DNA of 64,000 nucleotides from Bacteroidales bacterium (GTDB lineage: Bacteria; Bacteroidota; Bacteroidia; Bacteroidales; M50B96), in the NCBI GenBank assembly GCA_021740905.1, contig JAIOYV010000008.1, forward strand, positions 9,543 through 73,542, read 5' to 3'. Both the position numbers and the translations under genes were made by a program. Each line of letters begins with the position of its first letter. Position 1 is the stretch's first letter. The notes below the pieces were generated by a model. It saw only the letters and a list, made by a program, of their open reading frames with translations, did not search any database and was not told the origin of the DNA. This document shows positions 39,035-48,268 of this stretch, one piece after another.

Positions 39035-39916
39035 TTATCTTCCTGCCTTTAAGAATCGTTGCCTAAATACTTCTTTGTTATCAGCATGAAAAACAATATG
39101 GTAATAACCTGAATTTAGAAATGAAACATCAATTTTATCGGTCAAGGGGCCAGAATAAACTATTTTGCCAGAAAGATCAAAAATATTGAAGTCGGTGGCT
39201 TGCATCCTTCTTGTAATGTAGAGATCGGACAAAACCGGATTTGGATAAACAGCTATTTCATTCGATACTTCTAATTCTTCTTTTCCCATGTATGAGGTAT
39301 CGTAGCAAAAATCGTCGAAGTAACTGTATAAATCATAAGACCAGAAGGAAAACATGGCCGGTGTCATGAATTGAACATCATTTACCTCAAACTGAAATAT
39401 ATTATTTATGTACACCTTTATGTCGCCATTGACATATCTCTCCAAGGTCATTTTAAACCATTCATTTAGCCCAAATATGGGAGCAACCGAGGCCAGTATG
39501 GTAGATGTGCCATTGACTGTTTTCAAAAGTTTTAATGTGGGGTTGTCGGTAGCCATTGGAATCATGGAGAGTTGATAGAAATTGTCGTTGTCGTCGTGGT
39601 GAAATCTGAAATAGACATCGGAATAGTACCCGGTTAAATAGAACCAACCCGAGTAAGTGCCAAAGCAGAACTCGTTATCGGCACTATTGACCTGTGCATA
39701 TCCACCTGATTTAAAAATCTTCAAGGAATAAATGCCACCATGTGCCTGTTCTGTACTGATATATGCCGAATCGGATGCAATTACCCAATCCGACATACTT
39801 CCACTTTCAAAATCGCTCATGTAGATACACTGGGAATTTACACTCAATGATGCAATTGTAAAAGCTATTGATAAAAATATCAGGTTGTGACCTTTGGTAT
39901 TTTTCTTAGTTCTCAT
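39035..39916 (-). CDS. T9SS type A sorting domain protein carrying the cluster-specific N-terminal domain
   Basis: N-terminal module of about 190 aa (CIYMSDFESG...DDFCY), paralogous to domains in 41047-42993 and 43002-46385. C-terminal Por tail (VYPNPVLSDLYI...). Confidence 0.65.
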   Translation of the reverse strand: MRTKKNTKGHNLIFLSIAFTIASLSVNSQCIYMSDFESGSMSDWVIASDSAYISTEQAHGGIYSLKIFKSGGYAQVNSADNEFCFGTYSGWFYLTGYYSDVYFRFHHDDNDNFYQLSMIPMATDNPTLKLLKTVNGTSTILASVAPIFGLNEWFKMTLERYVNGDIKVYINNIFQFEVNDVQFMTPAMFSFWSYDLYSYFDDFCYDTSYMGKEELEVSNEIAVYPNPVLSDLYITRRMQATDFNIFDLSGKIVYSGPLTDKIDVSFLNSGYYHIVFHADNKEVFRQRFLKAGR

Positions 39917-39985
39917 TTTTTTAAGCGTATTTATGATTTGAAATTCGAATCTATAAAAATATACTTTTTTGCGTTTGTAAAAACA

Positions 39986-41023
39986 TCACTTGTGGTCCAT
40001 CATCAAACCATTTTTCGACCAGGCAGGACAATTTACTGCACGCATTTTTTTTGATCTATTGGCAAAACGCAACGATAAGGATTGATAGACAAGAGATACC
40101 TCCACACCCCCTTTACCATTGGTTGCCGGGTAAAGTTTCGAGATGTTTACATCATAGCTGGTCATTACCCGAAGGTTGAAAAAATCAAACCCAACAAGGG
40201 GGATAAAATCTCCTGTTGAACGGAACCAACCCCCGACCAGAAAAGCCGTGTTTCTTGCATAGAACAGGAAGTTGGTACCTATAACCATTTCATGCGCATT
40301 CTTTTGCCTTGTAAGGTAGGCGGCCGGTTCAAGAAAGATATTGCTCCTTATCTTGATATTTGCGCCGGAATTGATTGTAGTTTTTATGGCCTTACGGTTT
40401 GATTCAGAATAAAATGAATCATTCGGTCTTGCAAGGTGATACAGGCTAAAGCCTACATACAAATTAGAAATATGCTTTAACTTCGCAGAGATGATCATGC
40501 CGGTTGCCACATCGAAAAATGAAAATGAATTAACCGTATTGTTTTCCCCTGAAGAAATAAAAGGGTAAAACTGTTCGCCATTCCATTGGTTGCCAAAGGT
40601 TAGCATATTGTAGTTGATGCTCTTTTGTCCAAAACTCCCGTTCATGCCAACAGAAATACGGATTTTCTTCCTCTTGTCGAGCAATTTATGATAGGCAATA
40701 TTCAGCGATGTCTGGGAATTTCGAAGTGTCCCCGTACCGGCTTCGTCCATAAACATGGTTCCCCCAATCCCAAACCAATTAGGGCTTCTCTTATTCGGTT
40801 TCAATTTAAAATCGAAAGAAACCAACTGTGTTTCATAAGGGGTTGTAAAACTGATCCATTGTGATTTATAATTGAACCCAAACCGAAAGTCGTTGCTAAA
40901 ATAGCCGGCAAGGGCCGGGTTTATGGTAATTGGGGCAGCATAAAACTGGGAGAAATGAATGTCTTGTGAAAGAGCAATCCTACAAGCAATCAAGAGAATA
41001 ATATGTATGGTGAAAAATCTCAT
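39986..41023 (-). CDS. type IX secretion system membrane protein PorP/SprF family
   Basis: N-terminal DIHFSQFYAAPITINPALAG signature and beta-barrel length of 345 aa. It lies downstream of a type B CTD gene, as sprF does with sprB. Confidence 0.8.
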   Translation of the reverse strand: MRFFTIHIILLIACRIALSQDIHFSQFYAAPITINPALAGYFSNDFRFGFNYKSQWISFTTPYETQLVSFDFKLKPNKRSPNWFGIGGTMFMDEAGTGTLRNSQTSLNIAYHKLLDKRKKIRISVGMNGSFGQKSINYNMLTFGNQWNGEQFYPFISSGENNTVNSFSFFDVATGMIISAKLKHISNLYVGFSLYHLARPNDSFYSESNRKAIKTTINSGANIKIRSNIFLEPAAYLTRQKNAHEMVIGTNFLFYARNTAFLVGGWFRSTGDFIPLVGFDFFNLRVMTSYDVNISKLYPATNGKGGVEVSLVYQSLSLRFANRSKKMRAVNCPAWSKNGLMMDHK

Positions 41024-41046
41024 TTCCTACCTTAGTCGTTTTAAGT

Positions 41047-42993
41047 TTATCTCAACAAGCTCACATTTCCTTGGTCGGATATTGCACGGCCATTATAAAA
41101 TATAAGTTTTAATACCCAGACATAAACATCCATTTCGCAATCTTTTCCCCGATATGTCCCATCCCAACCTATATCTTGCCTATCGGAAGAAAAAATCATT
41201 TGTCCGAACCGGTTAAAAACAGTGAATTCCATTTCTTGAAAGTTCTGTCCATAAACATATAATATATCATTTTCACCATCGTTGTTTGGCGAAAAGCCTG
41301 TTGGTACACCATAGTTGTTATCGCACTCGACAATTGATATAGCATCTTTGGCTGTACAACCATTCTTTTCAACCTCAACCCAAATTATCTGATTGGAACC
41401 CCCTACTACGATGGTTTGGGTAGTTTCGCCTGTTGACCATAGAAAATTACTACCGGGATTGTCTGCATCCAGTACTAATGTATTTCCCCCGCAAAGTGTG
41501 ATATCGCTACCCAATGATACTGTCGGATTTGGAACCAAAAAAACCATAACTGAGTCAGTAATCGTACAAATATCATTATAAATTGTTACCGAGTAAACTC
41601 CTTCATAGTTCACTTCGATGATCTGGGTAATCTCGCCTGTGGACCAGAGAAAAGCTGTTCCCAGACTTCCGGCATCAAGCAATGCTTTTTCCCCTTCACA
41701 AACCCCTATATTTTCTTCAAAAGGGCCATTAAATCCCGGAAGAGGAGACACTAATATTGTATCGGATGAAGAACAATTCTGATCTGAAACCAATACCCAA
41801 TAGATGCCACTTGTATTTATTGAAATGGTCGACGTTGTTTCACCTGTTGACCAACTATAACTATATCCCGAAGAACCAGAACTTAAATTGATTATGTCCC
41901 CATCACATATAGAAGTGTCTTCGCCCAAATCAACATAAGGTAGAGGATAAAAGCTAACCATAATTGTATCTGATGATGTGCAGTATTGATCTGAAACCTG
42001 AATCCAATAGAGGCCCTCTGTATTTATTGAAATGTTCGACGAGGTTTCACCTGTTGACCACAGATAGTTTTGCCCCATATTGCCGGAATGTAAATCGACT
42101 ATTTCGCCCGGACAAACTGTGGTATCTGCACCTAGATCAACAAGAGGGAGTGGGTTAAATAGTACAAAAATTGTGTCGGATAAAGTCATCCCCATCGAAT
42201 CAACAGCCTGTACAGAATATAAACCCGTAGTGCTTACATCAATTGTATTTCCATAAGCAAGCCCATTATTCCACACATAATTCAACAATCCGCTTCCTGC
42301 ATCAAGTTGCACGATATCTCCTTCGCAGGCAATAACATTGTTTCCAAGATCGATCGGATTGCTTACTAAACATGATATATAGCAGAAATCATCCAAGTAA
42401 GTTGTTTCATCATAGGCCAGGAATTCCACATTGGAGGGCATTATAAATGTTGCATCGATTACACTAATCTGCAACGCCCCATTGATATAGACTTTAATAT
42501 CCCCATTCAATTCTCTTTCAACTTTCATCTCAAACCATTGGTTAACATTAAAAACTGGTGGAATTTCAGCTAGTGTTGTTGCATTTCCGTTTACCAATTT
42601 TACTAGTTTAAGCTTAGGATTATCGGTGTTAAGGGGCATCATGGCAAGCTGGTAAAAATTGTTGGAATTTTGATAATAAAATCGAAAATATGCATCGGTT
42701 ACTGGGCCGGATATCCAAAACCAGGCAGTGTAGACTCCACAGCCAAACATATTTTGATTGCTTTGAATGATGGGATAATTACCACTGAGGGTCATTTTCA
42801 AGGCATAATTGCCAGTATGGACCTGCTGTGTAGAAATCACATTGTTTCCGGCAAGTATGGTCCAATCAGTCAATACTCCACTTTCAAAATCGGTTGAGAA
42901 ATCGCATTGGGAATAAGTAATTGAGTTTGCCAGGATTAAAGCAAAGACAACGAATAATTGTATATGCAATTTATATTTTCTTACGGTTTCCAT
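41047..42993 (-). CDS. T9SS type B (gliding-motility-associated CHU_C) sorting domain protein with Ig-like repeats
   Basis: C-terminal GFSPNNDGENDILYV motif (type B CTD). About five tandem repeats of 65-75 aa of the form C.G....L.AG..G..Y.WSTGETT. N-terminal cluster-specific domain. Confidence 0.75.
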   Translation of the reverse strand: METVRKYKLHIQLFVVFALILANSITYSQCDFSTDFESGVLTDWTILAGNNVISTQQVHTGNYALKMTLSGNYPIIQSNQNMFGCGVYTAWFWISGPVTDAYFRFYYQNSNNFYQLAMMPLNTDNPKLKLVKLVNGNATTLAEIPPVFNVNQWFEMKVERELNGDIKVYINGALQISVIDATFIMPSNVEFLAYDETTYLDDFCYISCLVSNPIDLGNNVIACEGDIVQLDAGSGLLNYVWNNGLAYGNTIDVSTTGLYSVQAVDSMGMTLSDTIFVLFNPLPLVDLGADTTVCPGEIVDLHSGNMGQNYLWSTGETSSNISINTEGLYWIQVSDQYCTSSDTIMVSFYPLPYVDLGEDTSICDGDIINLSSGSSGYSYSWSTGETTSTISINTSGIYWVLVSDQNCSSSDTILVSPLPGFNGPFEENIGVCEGEKALLDAGSLGTAFLWSTGEITQIIEVNYEGVYSVTIYNDICTITDSVMVFLVPNPTVSLGSDITLCGGNTLVLDADNPGSNFLWSTGETTQTIVVGGSNQIIWVEVEKNGCTAKDAISIVECDNNYGVPTGFSPNNDGENDILYVYGQNFQEMEFTVFNRFGQMIFSSDRQDIGWDGTYRGKDCEMDVYVWVLKLIFYNGRAISDQGNVSLLR

Positions 42994-43001
42994 ATTATCT
43001 T

Positions 43002-46000
43002 CTAATTTGCTGGATACAACAAGGTAACTGTAATAAGCATCTTAATTTGATACCCTTCTCCAGGGTTCATGTTTCCAATCGTATTTACAGCATACAAAGG
43101 CCAATATATTAAGCCATTGGAGTTTTTGATAATTACGACATTGTTCGCTATGGTGGAAAGCATCACTTCAACCGAGGCTGGTGTTTTTCGTAAATAACCA
43201 ATAATGTTCCACCCCTGACTTATCTCGAATGGGGTAAGCTCTGGGGTAATTATTGTACCGATTACTTGTAATATTTGTGGATTAACCATTTTAACCTGAT
43301 AGCCCTCACCAATTATCATATTGCCTATGGTATTCAAATTATAAATAGGCCAATAAATGAGTCCCGTCTCGTTTTTAGCAATTGTCAGGTTTGGGTATAA
43401 ATTACTCAATACTGCTCCAACGTCAGGGTTCACTGGCTCGATATACGTGGAGATAATGCTCCATCCCTGTTGTAGAGAAATGATCTGGGATTCAATATAA
43501 TTAATAAGCATTGTGTCTGATCCTGAACAGGAGTTTGAATCTGTTATCAGGATAATTATTTCATTATAGCCTGGTGATAAATTTATTGAGTCCAACAGGA
43601 TATTTGCATTGGTAGAACCATCGCTCCACAAATAGTCCTGAAACCCCGATCCTGCATTAAGAAGAAGGCTCTGACCAATATTAAGGATGGTATCCTCCCC
43701 AAGATTAATAACAGGCAACGCATTTTGATCAACAAAAATCGTATCCTCAATGGTTTCCTCACATTGATTCTCTATCCACACACTATAATATCCCGGATCG
43801 CTTATGTTGATTTGCTGGGTAATTTCGCCTGTTGACCACAGATAGTTACAGTTGGGATTTCCGGCATCGAGGAAAAGGCTGCTACCAATACAAAATGAAG
43901 TGTCGTTTCCCAATTGGGCAACCGGCCCGGGGAATATATCAATAAAAATGGAGTCGGAAGATTCGCAGCCTGACATGGAAACATTCACCCAAACCTGCTC
44001 AGGGACCAGCGGGTATATTTCGATGGTCTGGCTTGTGTACCCATTCGACCAGGAATAACTTGCCCCCGCATTTCCGGCATCGAGAAGAATAGTATCCTTT
44101 ACACAAATAATAGTGTCGTTGCCAAGAAAAACCGAAGGCAAGGGTATTACCTCAACATGTATTGTATCGGAGCTTGAACAGCCCGAGTTGCTCACGGTCA
44201 CCACATAGATTGTAGATAAGGCAGGTGAGACGGCAACAACCTGGCTCGTATCACCAGTCGTCCATTGATAACTATACCCGGGGTTTTGGGAATCAAGATA
44301 AGCGGTATCGCCCGTGCAAATACTCGTATCTGTCAGATTTAATAGGGGAGGGCTTACCTCGTCCACAAAAACCACATCGGAGGCTGTTCCGCAAATATTG
44401 CTTACAAAAACAAAGTAGAACCCTGTGGTGCTAACTTGAATAGCCTGCGTGGTCTCATTGGTCGACCACAAATAGGTTGAAAAGGGAGTATTGCAATTGA
44501 GTAGAATGCTATCGCCTATGCAAAAATTCAGATTGTTTCCCAGATCAACATTCGGGATAGGAACAAAAAGAATGTAGACGGAATCTTCGGCGGTAAGCCC
44601 GCACATATTGGTGGCCGTTACGGAATACATGCCTGTTGAGTTCACAATAATGGAATCGGAACTTTGATCGGTCGACCAGACATAAGAACTATTTGAACCG
44701 GATGGATAAAGGACAACCGAACTTCCATTGCAAAGAGTAGTATCGTTTATCAAGGAAACCGTAAAGGTGTCAATCACGGTGACTACCATAGTGTCGGAGG
44801 AATAGCATCCATTGCTTTCGGCCAACACAGTATAAGTAGTAGAAGTTGGTGGGATTACTACAATGGTATCGGTGGTTTCGCTTGTCGACCATAAATAATT
44901 ATAACCAGTTGATCCTGTGTTTAGGTTTAATGTATCATAAGGACAAATAGTGGTATCGTTTCCAAGATTTACGACCGGGGTGGGATAGAAGCTCACTACA
45001 ATCGTATCCGTAAAGACTGCCCCAGCGGGGTCTTCAGCTTGCACATAATAGGTCCCGGAGTTGATTACATTGAGGATGCTCCCATAAGCCAGGCCACCAT
45101 TCCATATATAGTTCAACAAGCCACTACCTGCACTAAGTTGAATACTGTCGCCCTCACAGGCAAAAACATCACTTCCCAGTTGGATGGAATAAATTGCCGC
45201 AGAGCTATCGGGAAATTGTTTGTAGCAAAAGTCATCCATATAGGTGGTTGGATCCCAATCTGAAAAAACTATTTGTGTGGGAGTCATAAAAGTGCTATCG
45301 TTGACTGAAATCTGCAACGAACTGTTGATATAGATCTTTATATCCCCATTGGCGTATCGGTCAACTGTCATTTTAAACCATTGGTTAATGCCAAAAACAG
45401 GAGGGGTTTGTGCCAATGTTATAGTACTTCCATTTACTTTTTTTGTTAGTTTAAGTTTAGGATTATCGGTATTTTGAGGCAACATTCCAAGCTGGTAAAA
45501 ATTGTTGGAATTTTGATAATGAAAGCGAAAATAGACATCCGTATTGGGACCGGTCAACCAAAACCAGGCTGAATAACTTCCAAAACCAAACGTATCAATG
45601 TTGCTGATCATGGTTGGATAAGCCCCTGTTGCAAACATTTTCACCGAATTGTTACCACTTACCGAAACAAATTGTGAAAGATTTATAGATCCCGTAGTTA
45701 CTGTCCAGTCAAGCAAGGTGGAATCCTCAAAATCATAGTAAATATCGCAATCATTGGTCGGGACAGAAGTGGCTGTATAGCAAAAATCATCGAAATAAGT
45801 GGTATAGTCATAGCCCCATACGGCAACCTTTCCGGGCTGTGTAAAGGTGGTATCGATTACAGAAAACTGAATAACATCATTTATTTTAACCACTATTTCA
45901 TTGTTTAGGTTTCTGATGACCGTCAGCTTAATCCATGAATTCTGTGGGAAAACAGGTGGGATATTGGCCAGGAATGTATTCACCCCTCCAACTTTTTTGG

Positions 46001-46385
46001 TCAGAGTTAGGGCAGGGTTCCAGGTACCTTGAGGAACCAGCCCTACCTGGTAATAATTGTTTGCATCCTGGTGATGAAATTGAAGATATCCTGCTGCATA
46101 AGACTGGGTCATGTAAAACCAGGCAGTATATTCACCGTACGAAAAATTGTTTTGATTGCTGAGGATTTTTGGGTAGCTACCACTATTGGTCATTTTTAAG
46201 GCATAATTGCCAGAATGTACCTGCTGTGTGGAAACCACATTGGTTCCGGCAACAATGCTCCAATCCGTCAAAGTGCCGGATTCAAAATCTGAAGAGAAAT
46301 CGCACTGGGCATACGAAATCGACCCAAGCCCACTTGTTAACAAAAGGGCTAGGATCAGGATTAAACATTTTACATTCGTTTTCAT
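43002..46385 (-). CDS. giant cell-surface repeat protein (two N-terminal family domains, about nine Ig-like repeats, two C-terminal ~90-aa repeats)
   Basis: Start set at MKTNVKCLILIL (signal peptide). No canonical type A or B CTD. The C-terminal GWNII...IYWP...GEGYQ.KM repeats are shared with the lipoprotein at 46418-47020. Confidence 0.7.
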   Translation of the reverse strand: MKTNVKCLILILALLLTSGLGSISYAQCDFSSDFESGTLTDWSIVAGTNVVSTQQVHSGNYALKMTNSGSYPKILSNQNNFSYGEYTAWFYMTQSYAAGYLQFHHQDANNYYQVGLVPQGTWNPALTLTKKVGGVNTFLANIPPVFPQNSWIKLTVIRNLNNEIVVKINDVIQFSVIDTTFTQPGKVAVWGYDYTTYFDDFCYTATSVPTNDCDIYYDFEDSTLLDWTVTTGSINLSQFVSVSGNNSVKMFATGAYPTMISNIDTFGFGSYSAWFWLTGPNTDVYFRFHYQNSNNFYQLGMLPQNTDNPKLKLTKKVNGSTITLAQTPPVFGINQWFKMTVDRYANGDIKIYINSSLQISVNDSTFMTPTQIVFSDWDPTTYMDDFCYKQFPDSSAAIYSIQLGSDVFACEGDSIQLSAGSGLLNYIWNGGLAYGSILNVINSGTYYVQAEDPAGAVFTDTIVVSFYPTPVVNLGNDTTICPYDTLNLNTGSTGYNYLWSTSETTDTIVVIPPTSTTYTVLAESNGCYSSDTMVVTVIDTFTVSLINDTTLCNGSSVVLYPSGSNSSYVWSTDQSSDSIIVNSTGMYSVTATNMCGLTAEDSVYILFVPIPNVDLGNNLNFCIGDSILLNCNTPFSTYLWSTNETTQAIQVSTTGFYFVFVSNICGTASDVVFVDEVSPPLLNLTDTSICTGDTAYLDSQNPGYSYQWTTGDTSQVVAVSPALSTIYVVTVSNSGCSSSDTIHVEVIPLPSVFLGNDTIICVKDTILLDAGNAGASYSWSNGYTSQTIEIYPLVPEQVWVNVSMSGCESSDSIFIDIFPGPVAQLGNDTSFCIGSSLFLDAGNPNCNYLWSTGEITQQINISDPGYYSVWIENQCEETIEDTIFVDQNALPVINLGEDTILNIGQSLLLNAGSGFQDYLWSDGSTNANILLDSINLSPGYNEIIILITDSNSCSGSDTMLINYIESQIISLQQGWSIISTYIEPVNPDVGAVLSNLYPNLTIAKNETGLIYWPIYNLNTIGNMIIGEGYQVKMVNPQILQVIGTIITPELTPFEISQGWNIIGYLRKTPASVEVMLSTIANNVVIIKNSNGLIYWPLYAVNTIGNMNPGEGYQIKMLITVTLLYPAN

Positions 46386-46417
46386 CTTATTGGGGTTTAA
46401 GGTATTTACGTTCAGCA

Positions 46418-47020
46418 TCAAATTTCGTTGGTTGGAAATGAGAACTGGGTTTCTTCTGAGCATCTAATTTGATAAGCCTGGCCCGGACATAAGGAATCTA
46501 TTGCGTCTGCGCCGAAAGATGGCCAAAAGGCACCACCATCTTCATCTTTCATTATGATAAGGTTGTCACCAATAATCTCATACAAGTTCCAGGTTGTCAT
46601 CATAGTTTTTCGGATATAAGGTATTAATGTCCAATCATGATGCGGTATGCTTTCTGATGGCCCTCTTAAAGTAAAAATAATCTTTTCAGGTTTGCAAACA
46701 GTTCCAGTAAGTTGAAGGGTAAATTCTTCAAGGGCCCTGATATTATAGCCTTTAAAAAATAGAATTCGGTTTAAACTATAATTTCCTGTTTCAGGCCAAT
46801 ACATTGATGAGTCATAGGGGTTTTGGATGATCTGTATTTTATCCAGATGATCTGCAAACAAAATTTCTATATCCTCAGAAATTTCAAGATAAGTAGAAAA
46901 AAAGTTCCAACCTTCGTTGATATGGATTTCCTGTACCTCGATAGGCCCGTGATCTTCCTTTTGGCAGGCCAACAAAATCAAGAGAAATGCAAGATAAAAG
47001 CTAGATCGATTTCGTTTCAT
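46418..47020 (-). CDS. lipoprotein with two ~90-aa repeats homologous to the giant protein C-terminus
   Basis: Lipobox LLACQ, then the same GW.(I/F)(I/F)STY.E....YWP....GQAYQI pattern twice. Confidence 0.5.
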   Translation of the reverse strand: MKRNRSSFYLAFLLILLACQKEDHGPIEVQEIHINEGWNFFSTYLEISEDIEILFADHLDKIQIIQNPYDSSMYWPETGNYSLNRILFFKGYNIRALEEFTLQLTGTVCKPEKIIFTLRGPSESIPHHDWTLIPYIRKTMMTTWNLYEIIGDNLIIMKDEDGGAFWPSFGADAIDSLCPGQAYQIRCSEETQFSFPTNEI

Positions 47021-47237
47021 TTCAGTTAATTGAACAATGGACTAAAAGTAAAGTATTTAGATGGCATTACCAAATTTCAGGAATTGTTTCGCAGCATGTA
47101 ATTGTTGAAAAATGATTTCCTGAAATCAGTAGGTATATAGAGATCATACCGAGGTACAAGCCTTGCGTCTCGAAATAGAAACCCTAATTATATTATACAT
47201 AAAACGGGATAAATTACCGCAGTGATTACATTAAGGA

Positions 47238-47353
47238 ATTATGATTACACCCCTTTGGGGCTTGGTCTATCTGATACCTTATGTGTCCCAGGGCTATTTT
47301 TGACTTCGTCAAAAAATACACCCTGGGCTAATGATAACACCCCTTTGGGGCTA
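47238..47353. repeat. hairpin element flanked by 22-bp direct repeats (ATGAT(T/A)ACACCCCTTTGGGGCT)
   Basis: Direct repeats at 47238-47263 and 47328-47353, each with a CCCC-TTT-GGGG mini-hairpin. Between them is a stem of about 18 bp, cccagggctatttttgac / gtcaaaaaatacaccctggg. Confidence 0.4.
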
Positions 47354-47469
47354 GATTAAATTCGAATATGGAAAGATGTAGAACAAAATCAATGATTTAT
47401 GAACAATGAAATTTTGTTAAGGAAAATATGTCGTGCATCCCTTACTGCTTACAAGGGACTACGGACTGT

Positions 47470-47545
47470 GTAATGCCGACTGCATACTCCAGACTGTGAA
47501 CTACCTACTGTGGACTGAAGTCTGCCTACTGTGGACTGCCCCCCT
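47470..47545 (-). repeat. solo copy of the 28.9-kb inverted-repeat arm, with internal duplication
   Basis: Its reverse complement shares cttcagtccacag, cagtaggcag and cagtct(c/g)gag blocks with 28925-28975. CTACTGTGGACTG occurs twice in tandem. Confidence 0.4.
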
Positions 47546-47640
47546 AAGCCAAGGCTTCGGAGGATAGACCGACTGGATTCTTCTTTCTTCAAAGATTCTT
47601 CTTACTTTCGCGGTCATTGTAAATCATTAAAATTGAAGAT

Positions 47641-48243
47641 ATGTTTTCAGGAATTGTAGAAGAAGCCGCCAAAGTAATTGCCCTCGAAAAAGAAAGGGAA
47701 AACCTGCACATCACCATGGAATGTTCCTTTGTGAAAGAATTAAAAATCGACCAGAGTATTTCGCACAATGGGGTGTGCCTTACAGTGGTCAAAACCACCG
47801 ATAATACCTACACAGTAACGGCCATCAAAGAAACCCTCGACAAAACCAACCTGGGGAAACTGGAGATTGGCAGCAAGGTAAATCTCGAACGTAGCGCCAA
47901 GCTCGATGGCCGCCTGGATGGGCACATGGTGCAAGGTCATGTTGACCAGACTGCGGTTTGCACCGAAGTTACCGAAGCCGATGGAAGCTGGTATTTTACT
48001 TTTGAGTACGAGCCGACCCAGGATGATTATATCACCGTTGAAAAGGGTTCGGTTTCGGTGAATGGCGTGAGCCTTACAGTGGTGAATTCGAAAGACCGTT
48101 CGTTCCAGGTGGCCATTATTCCGTTTACATACGATATGACCAATTTTCATCAAATCAAACCCGGCACTGTTGTCAATCTTGAGTTTGATATACTTGGAAA
48201 ATATATTGCGAAGATTGTCAGGCAACAGCTCGGCAAAGCATAA
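47641..48243 (+). CDS. ribE: riboflavin synthase (alpha subunit)
   Basis: MFSGIVEE...HNGVCLTV N-terminal half and a duplicated SVNGVSLTV half, 200 aa. Confidence 0.9.
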   Translation: MFSGIVEEAAKVIALEKERENLHITMECSFVKELKIDQSISHNGVCLTVVKTTDNTYTVTAIKETLDKTNLGKLEIGSKVNLERSAKLDGRLDGHMVQGHVDQTAVCTEVTEADGSWYFTFEYEPTQDDYITVEKGSVSVNGVSLTVVNSKDRSFQVAIIPFTYDMTNFHQIKPGTVVNLEFDILGKYIAKIVRQQLGKA

Positions 48244-48268
48244 TAATGTGAATCCTGACAACCCAAAT

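Noticed and set aside
43802-46467. Multiple small ORFs on both strands inside the giant repeat-protein gene
   Set aside because: They are embedded in a continuous 1130-aa ORF with clear domain repeats and are products of repetitive, compositionally biased DNA.
47540-47640. FMN (RFN) riboswitch upstream of ribE
   Set aside because: None of the conserved RFN helices or the GGAUUCAG / CCGACGGU-type blocks are found. The structured sequence upstream belongs to repeat elements instead.
48170-48268. ORF-track start of the transglutaminase-like gene overlapping ribE by 74 nt
   Set aside because: The overlap with the ribE C-terminus is implausible. The first sensible starts are 48269 or 48374.
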